A DNA stretch of 64,000 nucleotides, from the NCBI GenBank assembly GCA_902575965.1, contig CACGTM010000003.1, positions 20,660 to 84,659 of the forward strand. Direction: 5' to 3'. The position numbers and the translations under genes are program-made. The stretch comes from an uncultured Alphaproteobacteria bacterium. GTDB lineage: Bacteria; Pseudomonadota; Alphaproteobacteria; Rhodospirillales; Rhodospirillaceae. Below the pieces are notes generated by a model that searched no databases, was not told the DNA's origin, and saw nothing but the letters and a program-made list of their open reading frames with translations. Positions 55,654-63,462 of the stretch are shown piece after piece; position 1 is the first letter of the stretch; each line of letters opens with the position of its first letter.

Positions 55654-56328
55654 TTGATAATTTATCTTATTTTATTATTTATTTATTTTTCTCCAATAAT
55701 TTGGTTTAATTTCATCTTCAACAAGTATGATAAAATCCTAGAAAATATGCCCTTCAATGGGTTGGAGTTTGGAGAGCAAATTCTAAAAGAAAATAATCTA
55801 AATGATGTTGCTATAGAAGTAACGGACAAAGGGGACCACTATGACCCAAATGAGAAAAAAGTTAAAGTTAAGCAAGAGAGATTAGACAATAAAAGTATTA
55901 CTGCTATTTCCGTAGTTTGTCACGAAATTGGACATGCTATCCAAGATAATGAAAATTACAAACCTCTTGAGAGAAGACAAAAATTACTCAAGAGAACAGC
56001 ATGGGTTTCTTGGTTGGGGAGAGGAATTATTTTCATAGGACTGCCAGCAATTTTTGCCACTGGTTTATTTCCTCTTATTAGAGTTTGTATAATTCTAGTT
56101 ATATTGAGTATTGTAATAGATGTATTAATACATTTAGTTACATTACATGTAGAAATCGATGCAAGTTTTAATAGAGCATTGCCAATTCTAAAACAAAAAA
56201 TTCCCCCCGAATATCACAAGGAATGTAGATCTGTTTTAAGAGCAGCAGCATATACTTATGTAATTTCTGCACTGAGTAAGGTTATAAATTTGAGGAATAT
56301 ATGGTTATTAATTGCGCGATTAAGATAA
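55654..56328 (+). CDS. Membrane zinc metallopeptidase, YugP-like (Zn_peptidase_2 family)
   Basis: It has an N-terminal TM helix, GDHYDP...V.V...L...SITAISVVCHEIGHAIQ (HExxH) and two C-terminal TM helices. It uses a TTG start. Confidence 0.7.
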   Translation: MIIYLILLFIYFSPIIWFNFIFNKYDKILENMPFNGLEFGEQILKENNLNDVAIEVTDKGDHYDPNEKKVKVKQERLDNKSITAISVVCHEIGHAIQDNENYKPLERRQKLLKRTAWVSWLGRGIIFIGLPAIFATGLFPLIRVCIILVILSIVIDVLIHLVTLHVEIDASFNRALPILKQKIPPEYHKECRSVLRAAAYTYVISALSKVINLRNIWLLIARLR

Positions 56329-56367
56329 GAGGGATGGATTGTTGATTATGGACATAAAATTGATTAA

Positions 56368-56391
56368 AAATCCGAACACAAATCCGAACAC
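56368..56391 (+). repeat. Two abutting AAATCCGAACAC motifs, right inner end of the island
   Basis: The sequence AAATCCGAACACAAATCCGAACAC carries the same 12-mer found at 47020-47031. Confidence 0.7.
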
Positions 56392-56472
56392 TCGTTTTTA
56401 AGGAATTTTAAAAAGTTAGATAAAGTATTGATCTTATTGCATGAAATAGGAATATACATTGAAGTCATTTTT

Positions 56473-56528
56473 TATAACAAAGGATTCCTAATCCTTAATT
56501 CTGGGTTCGAGTCCCGGCGGGATCACCA
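56473..56528 (+). repeat. Displaced 3' fragment of tRNA-Arg(CCT) (attR-like direct repeat)
   Basis: The sequence is TATAACAAAGGATTCCTAATCCTTAATTCTGGGTTCGAGTCCCGGCGGGATCACCA. It matches 46904-46959 at 53/56 positions. It has no 5' half, so it is not a functional tRNA. Confidence 0.8.
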
Positions 56529-56686
56529 TTTTTCTGCTTTTTAATACTTTAATTTAATAATTGTAAATTAATTATCAAAAATTTAATAATTATACTATTC
56601 AATATCAGATTATTTTTGGGTAAAGATTGACAGATTTAGATATTTATTTTCAGGATATATTTAGAATACTCACTAGAGGTAATATT

Positions 56687-57265
56687 ATGAGACATTTTGT
56701 TTTTTTAATTATTTTTTTCTTTGTCTCTTTTGACTCATTATCAAAGGAGCTTACAAAGCCCGTTATTAACCTTGATGACGCTATCATGAAGCTAGAGTCA
56801 GGAAATGATCTTGAGGCTCTCCTAGATTTCCAGATTTTAGCTACAGAGGGAAATATAGTAGCTCAGACTTATTTGGGGCAAATGTACAGGACTGGTAGGG
56901 GATTAAGTCAAAATTTCACCAAAGCTGCAATGTGGTTAGGCAAAGCTGCCAAGGCAGGTAATGCTTCTGCAAACCATAGGCTTGGTTGGATGTATTCACG
57001 AGGCCAGATAGACGGTAAAAGAGATGATAAAATGGCAGTTAAGTACTGGAAAAAGGCTGCTGAATTGGGTGATCCTTATGCACAGTCTGACCTTGGAGTA
57101 ATGTATTCGAGGGGAGATGTTGTTGATAAGGATATGGTTCTTGCTTATTATTGGCTTGTAAAATCTTCTAATCAAACAGGCCAGAAAAGTATGAATCTCT
57201 CAAAAGTTCAGAATGAAATGACTCCTGATGAATTTGATAAGGCCCTAAGGTTACTAGAGAAATAA
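56687..57265 (+). CDS. Secreted Sel1-repeat (TPR-like) protein
   Basis: It has a signal peptide (MRHFVFLIIFFFVSFDSLS) and three or four Sel1 repeats (AQTYLGQMYRTGRGLSQNFTKAAMWLGKAA; HRLGWMYSRG; QSDLGVMYSRGD). I prefer the ATG at 56687 to the track's TTG at 56627. Confidence 0.8.
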   Translation: MRHFVFLIIFFFVSFDSLSKELTKPVINLDDAIMKLESGNDLEALLDFQILATEGNIVAQTYLGQMYRTGRGLSQNFTKAAMWLGKAAKAGNASANHRLGWMYSRGQIDGKRDDKMAVKYWKKAAELGDPYAQSDLGVMYSRGDVVDKDMVLAYYWLVKSSNQTGQKSMNLSKVQNEMTPDEFDKALRLLEK

Positions 57266-57320
57266 TATAATTTAATCTATTGTTGTGTTTATCAGAAATT
57301 TAATAAATAAAGGATGATAT

Positions 57321-58505
57321 ATGCCTCATCGTTTAAGACACGGATTAGCTGTAGAAAGTACAAGAGAAGAAGAGTCCAGGCAAGACTTTGTTACTGGGAT
57401 GAGAAGGTATGTTCTTGGTGATTTAGCATCACATATGAAATCTATTTATGAAAATAAAGTTAAAATTAATTATCAAAGAAAACATGGTTTTATTCCACAA
57501 GATGGTCCTGCAATTCATAAGGAGATGAGAAAAGAAACTTTATTTAAATTTTATTCTTCGATACGTAATTCAACTCAAGAAATGGTTTGGAGATCTGTTC
57601 TTCCATCGATTTCTAGATCAGATAAAGAGTTGGCGTCAAAAGTATCAGACTGTAATCAGGGCATGGACTCAATCCATGTTGATCCGAAGCTTGAAATTCC
57701 AAAGTACATTAGTTCTCTTGATGTACATATGATGCCAGGGTGCTATGACACGGAAAGGTACGATGGAGACGTAGCACAAGGAGCACTATATGATAATGGT
57801 TTATCTGTTTTCTTAATGGGTTTTCTTGGGCCAGAGATGGATGATACTGGGCGATCAGTTTCACAATTTATTAGTAAAAGGTACCCAGATTTTCGACCAG
57901 AAAAAATGCTGGATATAGGAGCTACAATTGGCTTTAACACGTTACCATGGCTAGAAACATGGCCTGATTTGGAAATTCATGCAATTGACCCAGCTTTACC
58001 AAACGTAAATTATGGACATGCTAGATGTAAAGAAATGGGAAAGCCAATTAATTTTCATCAAATGGATGGTACTAAGCTTAATTTCGATGATAACTCCTTT
58101 GATATTGTATGGTCTGCAATGGTTTTACATGAGCTTCCCAAAAATAAGGTGAGTAAGGTTTTTTCTGAAAGTAAAAGAGTTCTTAAGCCTGGTGGTTTAA
58201 TGATTCATATGGAGCTTCCTCTCAACAGTATAGTTGAGCCTTATGAACAGTTTTATCTTGATTGGGATTCTTACTACAATAAGGAACCTTTTTATAAGTC
58301 TTTCAGGGATTCAGATGTAAGGCAAATGGTTTTAAATGCGGGGTTCAGACATGAAAATTACTTTCAGTACATAATCCCAAGCCATTTTAATCATGGTGCT
58401 GATGCAGTAACTTTAGCAGCCAGGGATTCTCAAGCAACTTCTACTAAGAATATTGGAAAGCTTCAAGACGGAATAAATTGGTTTACTTTCGGAGCTTGGA
58501 AGTAG
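57321..58505 (+). CDS. Class I methyltransferase-fold protein with an N-terminal extension (paralog B, atypical motif I)
   Basis: It is collinear with 42631-43782 (SRQ.F..., E.LFK..SS, PG...ER, LDIG, FD.V.S, LKPGG). Motif I reads MLDIGATIG instead of the canonical GxGxG. Confidence 0.65.
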   Translation: MPHRLRHGLAVESTREEESRQDFVTGMRRYVLGDLASHMKSIYENKVKINYQRKHGFIPQDGPAIHKEMRKETLFKFYSSIRNSTQEMVWRSVLPSISRSDKELASKVSDCNQGMDSIHVDPKLEIPKYISSLDVHMMPGCYDTERYDGDVAQGALYDNGLSVFLMGFLGPEMDDTGRSVSQFISKRYPDFRPEKMLDIGATIGFNTLPWLETWPDLEIHAIDPALPNVNYGHARCKEMGKPINFHQMDGTKLNFDDNSFDIVWSAMVLHELPKNKVSKVFSESKRVLKPGGLMIHMELPLNSIVEPYEQFYLDWDSYYNKEPFYKSFRDSDVRQMVLNAGFRHENYFQYIIPSHFNHGADAVTLAARDSQATSTKNIGKLQDGINWFTFGAWK

Positions 58506-58507
58506 AG

Positions 58508-59695
58508 CTAGAGTTGATTAGACAATGCAATTACTTCTTCAACTAATGGTAACCCGCATGGCCCAGGCCCAATACCCATGTGCATAAAATTATGACTGTA
58601 AGCAAAGCTCATCTTTAACTCAGGGTCAGCAAACGCAATTGATCCACCGGCTCCTAAATATCCAAAGCTTTTATTACTTGGCCCCATTGGGGTGGCTGGG
58701 GGGCAATTCATTTCAAAGCCTAATGAAAAACGCATTTCATAGGCCTTTGTTAAGTTATCAATCCCTTTAATGCTTTGTGTTGAGATCATTTCTAATATTT
58801 TATCTGAGAATAAAGTTGTTCCATTATCTGTTTTTCCTGAGGATAACATGCTGTAGAGCCTCCCCATTGCTCTTGCATTTGTATGCCCCGTTCCTGATCC
58901 ATTCTCTGCTTTATGCCATGAGACATTATTGTAGTCTTCATGAGGGTTTCTACCTTTCATACTTTTTGAAAAAAAGCTATCTGGTTCTTTCAAGATCATT
59001 TCGTTAAAAAGTTCAGGTTCAGATTGAAAAACTTTAGCTACTCGAGGGAGGGTTTGGTCATCAAGAGAAAAATGCCAATCTATATTATATGGATTCGATA
59101 AATCATCTTTGAAGTGTTGAGAGAGCTTCCTACCCCCGTTAACTCTCCTACATATTTCACCAAGTAAAAAACCAAAAGTCATATTAAGGTAACCAATTTT
59201 TTTTCCAGGCACCCAATTTGGTGAGGTATTCTCTATTGCCCTCACCATTTTTTCCCAATTTAGAATTTCACCGGGAAGTAATTCGTCATCAACATATGAA
59301 AGCGCAGCTGTATGATTGAGTATATGCTTAATTAAGATATTTTCTTTATTATTTTTTCCAAATTCTGGCCAATAATACGCAACAGGTTTTTCAATATCTA
59401 ATAAACCTTTATCTATAAGCATAAGAGTTAATAGTGCTGGAATAGTTTTTGATACTGACCAACAACAGCATATTGTATCTTCCTTCCAATCTTTTTCTAG
59501 CAAAGGGTCTTGATACCCGCCATAAAGGTCAACTAGTGCTTCACCATTTATTGATAGGTAAATACTTGCACCAATATCACTATCTGCTCCCCTTTTCAGA
59601 AGATTATCTTCAAAGATATTAAATAAAGAGGTACATTTACTATCATAAAAACCTTTTATTTCAGGCGTTTTTCCCTCAAGTATAGGGTTTGCCAT
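58508..59695 (-). CDS. Beta-lactamase-fold serine hydrolase (class C / EstB-like esterase family)
   Basis: It has an SxxK motif (WSVSKT) and a YxN-like region. I chose the ATG at 59695, after AAGGAAAG. The track's TTG is at 59713. Confidence 0.8.
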   Translation of the reverse strand: MANPILEGKTPEIKGFYDSKCTSLFNIFEDNLLKRGADSDIGASIYLSINGEALVDLYGGYQDPLLEKDWKEDTICCCWSVSKTIPALLTLMLIDKGLLDIEKPVAYYWPEFGKNNKENILIKHILNHTAALSYVDDELLPGEILNWEKMVRAIENTSPNWVPGKKIGYLNMTFGFLLGEICRRVNGGRKLSQHFKDDLSNPYNIDWHFSLDDQTLPRVAKVFQSEPELFNEMILKEPDSFFSKSMKGRNPHEDYNNVSWHKAENGSGTGHTNARAMGRLYSMLSSGKTDNGTTLFSDKILEMISTQSIKGIDNLTKAYEMRFSLGFEMNCPPATPMGPSNKSFGYLGAGGSIAFADPELKMSFAYSHNFMHMGIGPGPCGLPLVEEVIALSNQL

Positions 59696-59795
59696 TTTTC
59701 TTTCCTTGATCAAAATAGGTTCCTTTTCTATTGTAAATAATATTAAGGGTCTAAATTAGAAATATTATATTAAAATACGGGGGGGTGTTATAACT

Positions 59796-60545
59796 ATGAT
59801 GCTGTTTTATTCTCCAATTCATGGCTTTATACATAAGGTTCTTGTTGTTGCTCATGAGGCAGGACTTTGGGATGAATTAGATTTCGTTCCAGTTTATCCC
59901 GTTAAAGATGGTTACTCCATATCTGCCATCAATCCACTTCATAAAGTTCCTACTCTCGTTTTAGATGATTATACAGTTCTTTATGGCAGTCAAACAATTG
60001 TAGAATATTTAGATGATAATTCTATATCAGGAAAAAAGCTCTATCCTGTCGACAAAAAGTCCCGTTGGGACGCACTTAGGCGATTGGCATTGGCTGATAC
60101 AGTTTTTGAAGTTACGGTTGTAATGGCATTGGAACGTTTACAGTCACCCCCAAGAGATACAGTATTTAGTTGGAATTGGCCAAAGGTTGTTAGGTCAGTT
60201 GATCAAATGAATGAAGACTCAAATGGAGATTCTAAAGATTTCGATATTGGTCATGCATCAACTCTTCATGCGCTGTCATATTTAGACCGACAGACGAAAC
60301 GCGGTTTGCACAAGTCTATCCCAAAGGATTGGGATTGGAGAGACGGAAGATTAAACCTGCATAAATGGTTTGATGAAGCAATTCAGCGGCCTTCAGTTAC
60401 TTCACATTTTAATAAAGAATATGACGGTGATGACAGCCCAGAGTTCTGCCAAAGAAAAATAGCCGAAGTTTTAAAATCACAAGGTAAAACACTTCCTAAG
60501 AAGTTTACTTCACATTCTGTTGATTTTGTACCACCAGGAGATTGA
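59796..60545 (+). CDS. Glutathione S-transferase-like protein
   Basis: It has a thioredoxin-like N-domain pattern (NPLHKVPTLVLDDYTVLYGSQTIVEYL) followed by a helical C-domain. Confidence 0.65.
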   Translation: MMLFYSPIHGFIHKVLVVAHEAGLWDELDFVPVYPVKDGYSISAINPLHKVPTLVLDDYTVLYGSQTIVEYLDDNSISGKKLYPVDKKSRWDALRRLALADTVFEVTVVMALERLQSPPRDTVFSWNWPKVVRSVDQMNEDSNGDSKDFDIGHASTLHALSYLDRQTKRGLHKSIPKDWDWRDGRLNLHKWFDEAIQRPSVTSHFNKEYDGDDSPEFCQRKIAEVLKSQGKTLPKKFTSHSVDFVPPGD

Positions 60546-60548
60546 AAG

Positions 60549-62504
60549 ATGAATAACAAAGATTTTCCAATTTTGACTTCTCCATATGACTTGGGCCCAG
60601 TGCACCTCCGTAACAGGGCAATTATACCAGGACACTCAATGGTTCATGGTGATTCATCCGGTTTAGTCTCAGACAAGTACAAAGCTTATTTGGTTGAGAG
60701 AGCTAAAGGGGGTGTGGCTATGGTTGGGATGGAGTCTGCTCCAATTCATCCAGATTCAGGAACCTGGGTTGGGCAAATTGAGTTATGGAGAGATGAGATA
60801 GTGGATTCTCTCTCTCAAACTGCAATGGAGATACATGATGAGGGAGCTAAGCTTTCAATAATACTTTGGCACGGCGGTCATAATGTAAGTTATAGACGCC
60901 ATATCAACCCCGCAGTTGCGCCATCAGTAGTTCCATCAGTGCAAATTGGTGAAATACCGAGAGAAATTAGAACAGATGAAATCATATCCCTTATAAGATA
61001 TTATTCAGAGGCTGCAAAGAGGTGTGCAGATTCTGGAGTAGACGTAATAGAAGTTCAGACGTCCTCAGATTATCTCCTAGGTTCATTTTTAAATCCTCAA
61101 TTAAATCGAAGAACAGATAAATATGGGGGTTCCATTGAAAAGCGTTGTAGAATTATTATTGAGATACTTGAGGGGATTAGAAAAGTTATTCCTTCAAACA
61201 AAGCTCTTGGAATTCGAACTTCTATTTTTCATGCTATACCAGGAGAACCTGAGGGCTATACAATCAAAGAGTCTCTTCCTGCAGTACAGCATATAGCATC
61301 AACAGGGCTTATAGATTATGTCAGTGTTATGGCAGGATCAAATGCCAACTTTTCTGAAACCATACCACCGATAACATATCCTAGACCGCAAATTGCAAAC
61401 TTATCTCAAGAGTTTAAAAAATCTCTTGATATTCCTGTTACTGTTGCTGGAAGGATTATTACACCAGAAGACGCAGAGACTATACTAAGTAAAGGTGAAG
61501 CTGACCTTGTTGGTATTGCAAGGGCAGTTATTGCTGACGCAAATTGGATGAAAAAAGTTATTTCTGGTGAGCCAAATAGGATTCGTCTATGCAGTGGATG
61601 TAATCAAGTATGCCTTGGATTTGCAGCTAGAAGTCTTCCTGCAGGGTGTAATATTAACCCTGAAGCTGGCTATGAATTAGAGCTCCCTGAATTAAAGAGA
61701 GTTAATCAACCGAAAAAAATTGCCATAGTTGGAGGAGGGCCTGCAGGCCTAGAATGTTCACGTGTTTGTGCGGAGAGAGGACACAGTGTAACTTTATATG
61801 AGTCATCTCCATATCTAGGTGGTATGCTGAAAGTTATTTCAGATTCTCCAAATAGAGAAGAAATGGGCCAGACAATAGATTGGTGGGAGAACGAATTGAG
61901 GCATAACTCAGTAAACATAGCCCTTAATAGAAGTATTGAAAAACCTGAAGAATTAGATGCAGATAAGATTGTCTGGGCTACAGGGGCAAAAGCTTCTTCT
62001 GTATGGCAAATGAGGTTTAGGCCAAGTCTGGTGAATGGTATTCCGGGCACTGACGATTTTCTTCATGGAAGAGATGTTCTTCAAGAGAACCACAACTTAG
62101 AAGGTTCAATTGCTATAATTGATGAGGAGGGTAGTTGGCCTTTATTGAATTTAATAGAGGCACAAATTAATTCAAGTAAAGTAAAAAAAATTACAGTAAT
62201 ATCAAATAGTCTTTTATTGGGAATGCCTGACTTATTTATGACAGGTGAGTTTCCTCTTTTTTCAAAACGAATATCAGATGCTGGTGTAGTTCTTAATTTG
62301 GGACAGTTTGTTAAATGCGTAAATAAGGGAATAGTTGAAACAACAAGCGGAAACAAATTTGGCCCATTTGATAGAATTATTTTATCAATGGGTTCTGCTA
62401 GTAGAAATGTTCCTGATGGCGTAAATGCAATAGGAGATTGTGTAGCACCAAGAGATATTTGGGCGGCAGTACAGGAAGGCAATAGACTGGGTAGAAATTT
62501 ATAA
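60549..62504 (+). CDS. Old-yellow-enzyme-family FMN oxidoreductase fused to an FAD/NAD(P)-binding domain (2,4-dienoyl-CoA reductase-like)
   Basis: It has an OYE N-domain (LRNRAIIPGH...GGHN...), a 4Fe-4S linker (CSGCNQVCLG...GCNINP) and then GxGxxG (IVGGGPAGLE). Confidence 0.85.
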   Translation: MNNKDFPILTSPYDLGPVHLRNRAIIPGHSMVHGDSSGLVSDKYKAYLVERAKGGVAMVGMESAPIHPDSGTWVGQIELWRDEIVDSLSQTAMEIHDEGAKLSIILWHGGHNVSYRRHINPAVAPSVVPSVQIGEIPREIRTDEIISLIRYYSEAAKRCADSGVDVIEVQTSSDYLLGSFLNPQLNRRTDKYGGSIEKRCRIIIEILEGIRKVIPSNKALGIRTSIFHAIPGEPEGYTIKESLPAVQHIASTGLIDYVSVMAGSNANFSETIPPITYPRPQIANLSQEFKKSLDIPVTVAGRIITPEDAETILSKGEADLVGIARAVIADANWMKKVISGEPNRIRLCSGCNQVCLGFAARSLPAGCNINPEAGYELELPELKRVNQPKKIAIVGGGPAGLECSRVCAERGHSVTLYESSPYLGGMLKVISDSPNREEMGQTIDWWENELRHNSVNIALNRSIEKPEELDADKIVWATGAKASSVWQMRFRPSLVNGIPGTDDFLHGRDVLQENHNLEGSIAIIDEEGSWPLLNLIEAQINSSKVKKITVISNSLLLGMPDLFMTGEFPLFSKRISDAGVVLNLGQFVKCVNKGIVETTSGNKFGPFDRIILSMGSASRNVPDGVNAIGDCVAPRDIWAAVQEGNRLGRNL

Positions 62505-62520
62505 TGTTTGGAGTTTTAGA

Positions 62521-63447
62521 ATGAAGTTATATCATACCTTAATTTTAATAATTTTTTTTAGTTTTTTCTCGCAAGTTGCAAGATCTGATTCAAACCTTCC
62601 TGAAGAGAGTAGTTTTAAAGACTGTCCAGAATGCCCAGAGATGGTTACCATCCCGCCTGGAAAGTTTTCTATGGGCTACTATGGAGGTGTAAGTAAAGAG
62701 AGATATGAAGGTCCAGTAAGGCGCGTTAGCATAGATTATACTTTTTCTCTTGGTAAAACTGAGATTACAAATTATCAATATCAGCGTTTTGTTGAAGATA
62801 CTGGTTATGTTTCTGGAACAGGTTGTGCAATATGGGATGGAAAAACTTTTTTTCATACTAAGGGAAAAGATTGGAAAGACCCAGGTTACGGTCGTGCTCC
62901 TCTCCCAGAGGAGCCAGTTGTCTGTGTTACATGGTATGATGTAAAAGAATATGTAAGTTGGTTGGCAAACAAAACTAATAAACCCTATAGATTGCCTAGT
63001 GAGGCTGAGTGGGAATATGCATCTCGAGCTGGCACCTCTGGAAAATTTACATGGGGAAATGACCCAAATGGAGGTTGTGATGTTGCAAATATTTACGACT
63101 CTTCAGCATTTACTCCTAATAGACCATGGGAACCCGTAAAATGTGATGATGGTTTTTCTACTGTTGCGCCAGTCGCGTCTCTTAAACCTAATAGTTTTGG
63201 ATTATACGATATGTCTGGAAATGTTTGGGAATGGGTTCAAGATTGTTATTTTATGCCTATTCCACTTTTTCCTAGAGACGGATCACCTGTCGAGGCCGAG
63301 GGAACTTGTGATAGAAGAGCTGTTAAGGGTGGTGGTTGGTCATCTCCTTTATCATGGCAGAGGCCGACATTCAGAGGGCGTGACCCTCTTGATAGAATAA
63401 GCCATCTCTTTGGTTTTAGAGTAGCTCTTGATTTGGTTGATAGATAA
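62521..63447 (+). CDS. Secreted formylglycine-generating-enzyme (FGE/SUMF1) domain protein
   Basis: It has a signal peptide, CPEMVTIPPGKFSMG, YRLPSEAEWEYASRAG, GNVWEWVQDC, and ends GFRVA. Confidence 0.85.
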   Translation: MKLYHTLILIIFFSFFSQVARSDSNLPEESSFKDCPECPEMVTIPPGKFSMGYYGGVSKERYEGPVRRVSIDYTFSLGKTEITNYQYQRFVEDTGYVSGTGCAIWDGKTFFHTKGKDWKDPGYGRAPLPEEPVVCVTWYDVKEYVSWLANKTNKPYRLPSEAEWEYASRAGTSGKFTWGNDPNGGCDVANIYDSSAFTPNRPWEPVKCDDGFSTVAPVASLKPNSFGLYDMSGNVWEWVQDCYFMPIPLFPRDGSPVEAEGTCDRRAVKGGGWSSPLSWQRPTFRGRDPLDRISHLFGFRVALDLVDR

Positions 63448-63462
63448 AAAAAGGTTCAAACT

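Larger units (their letters stand above)
46904..56528 (+). mobile_element. ~9.6-kb genomic island integrated in the 3' half of tRNA-Arg(CCT); no integrase present
   Basis: 56 nt of the tRNA 3' half (46904-46959) recur at 56473-56528 with 53/56 identity. The interior has foreign composition and typical cargo: a type I R-M system, orphan genes and a peptidase. Confidence 0.65.
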
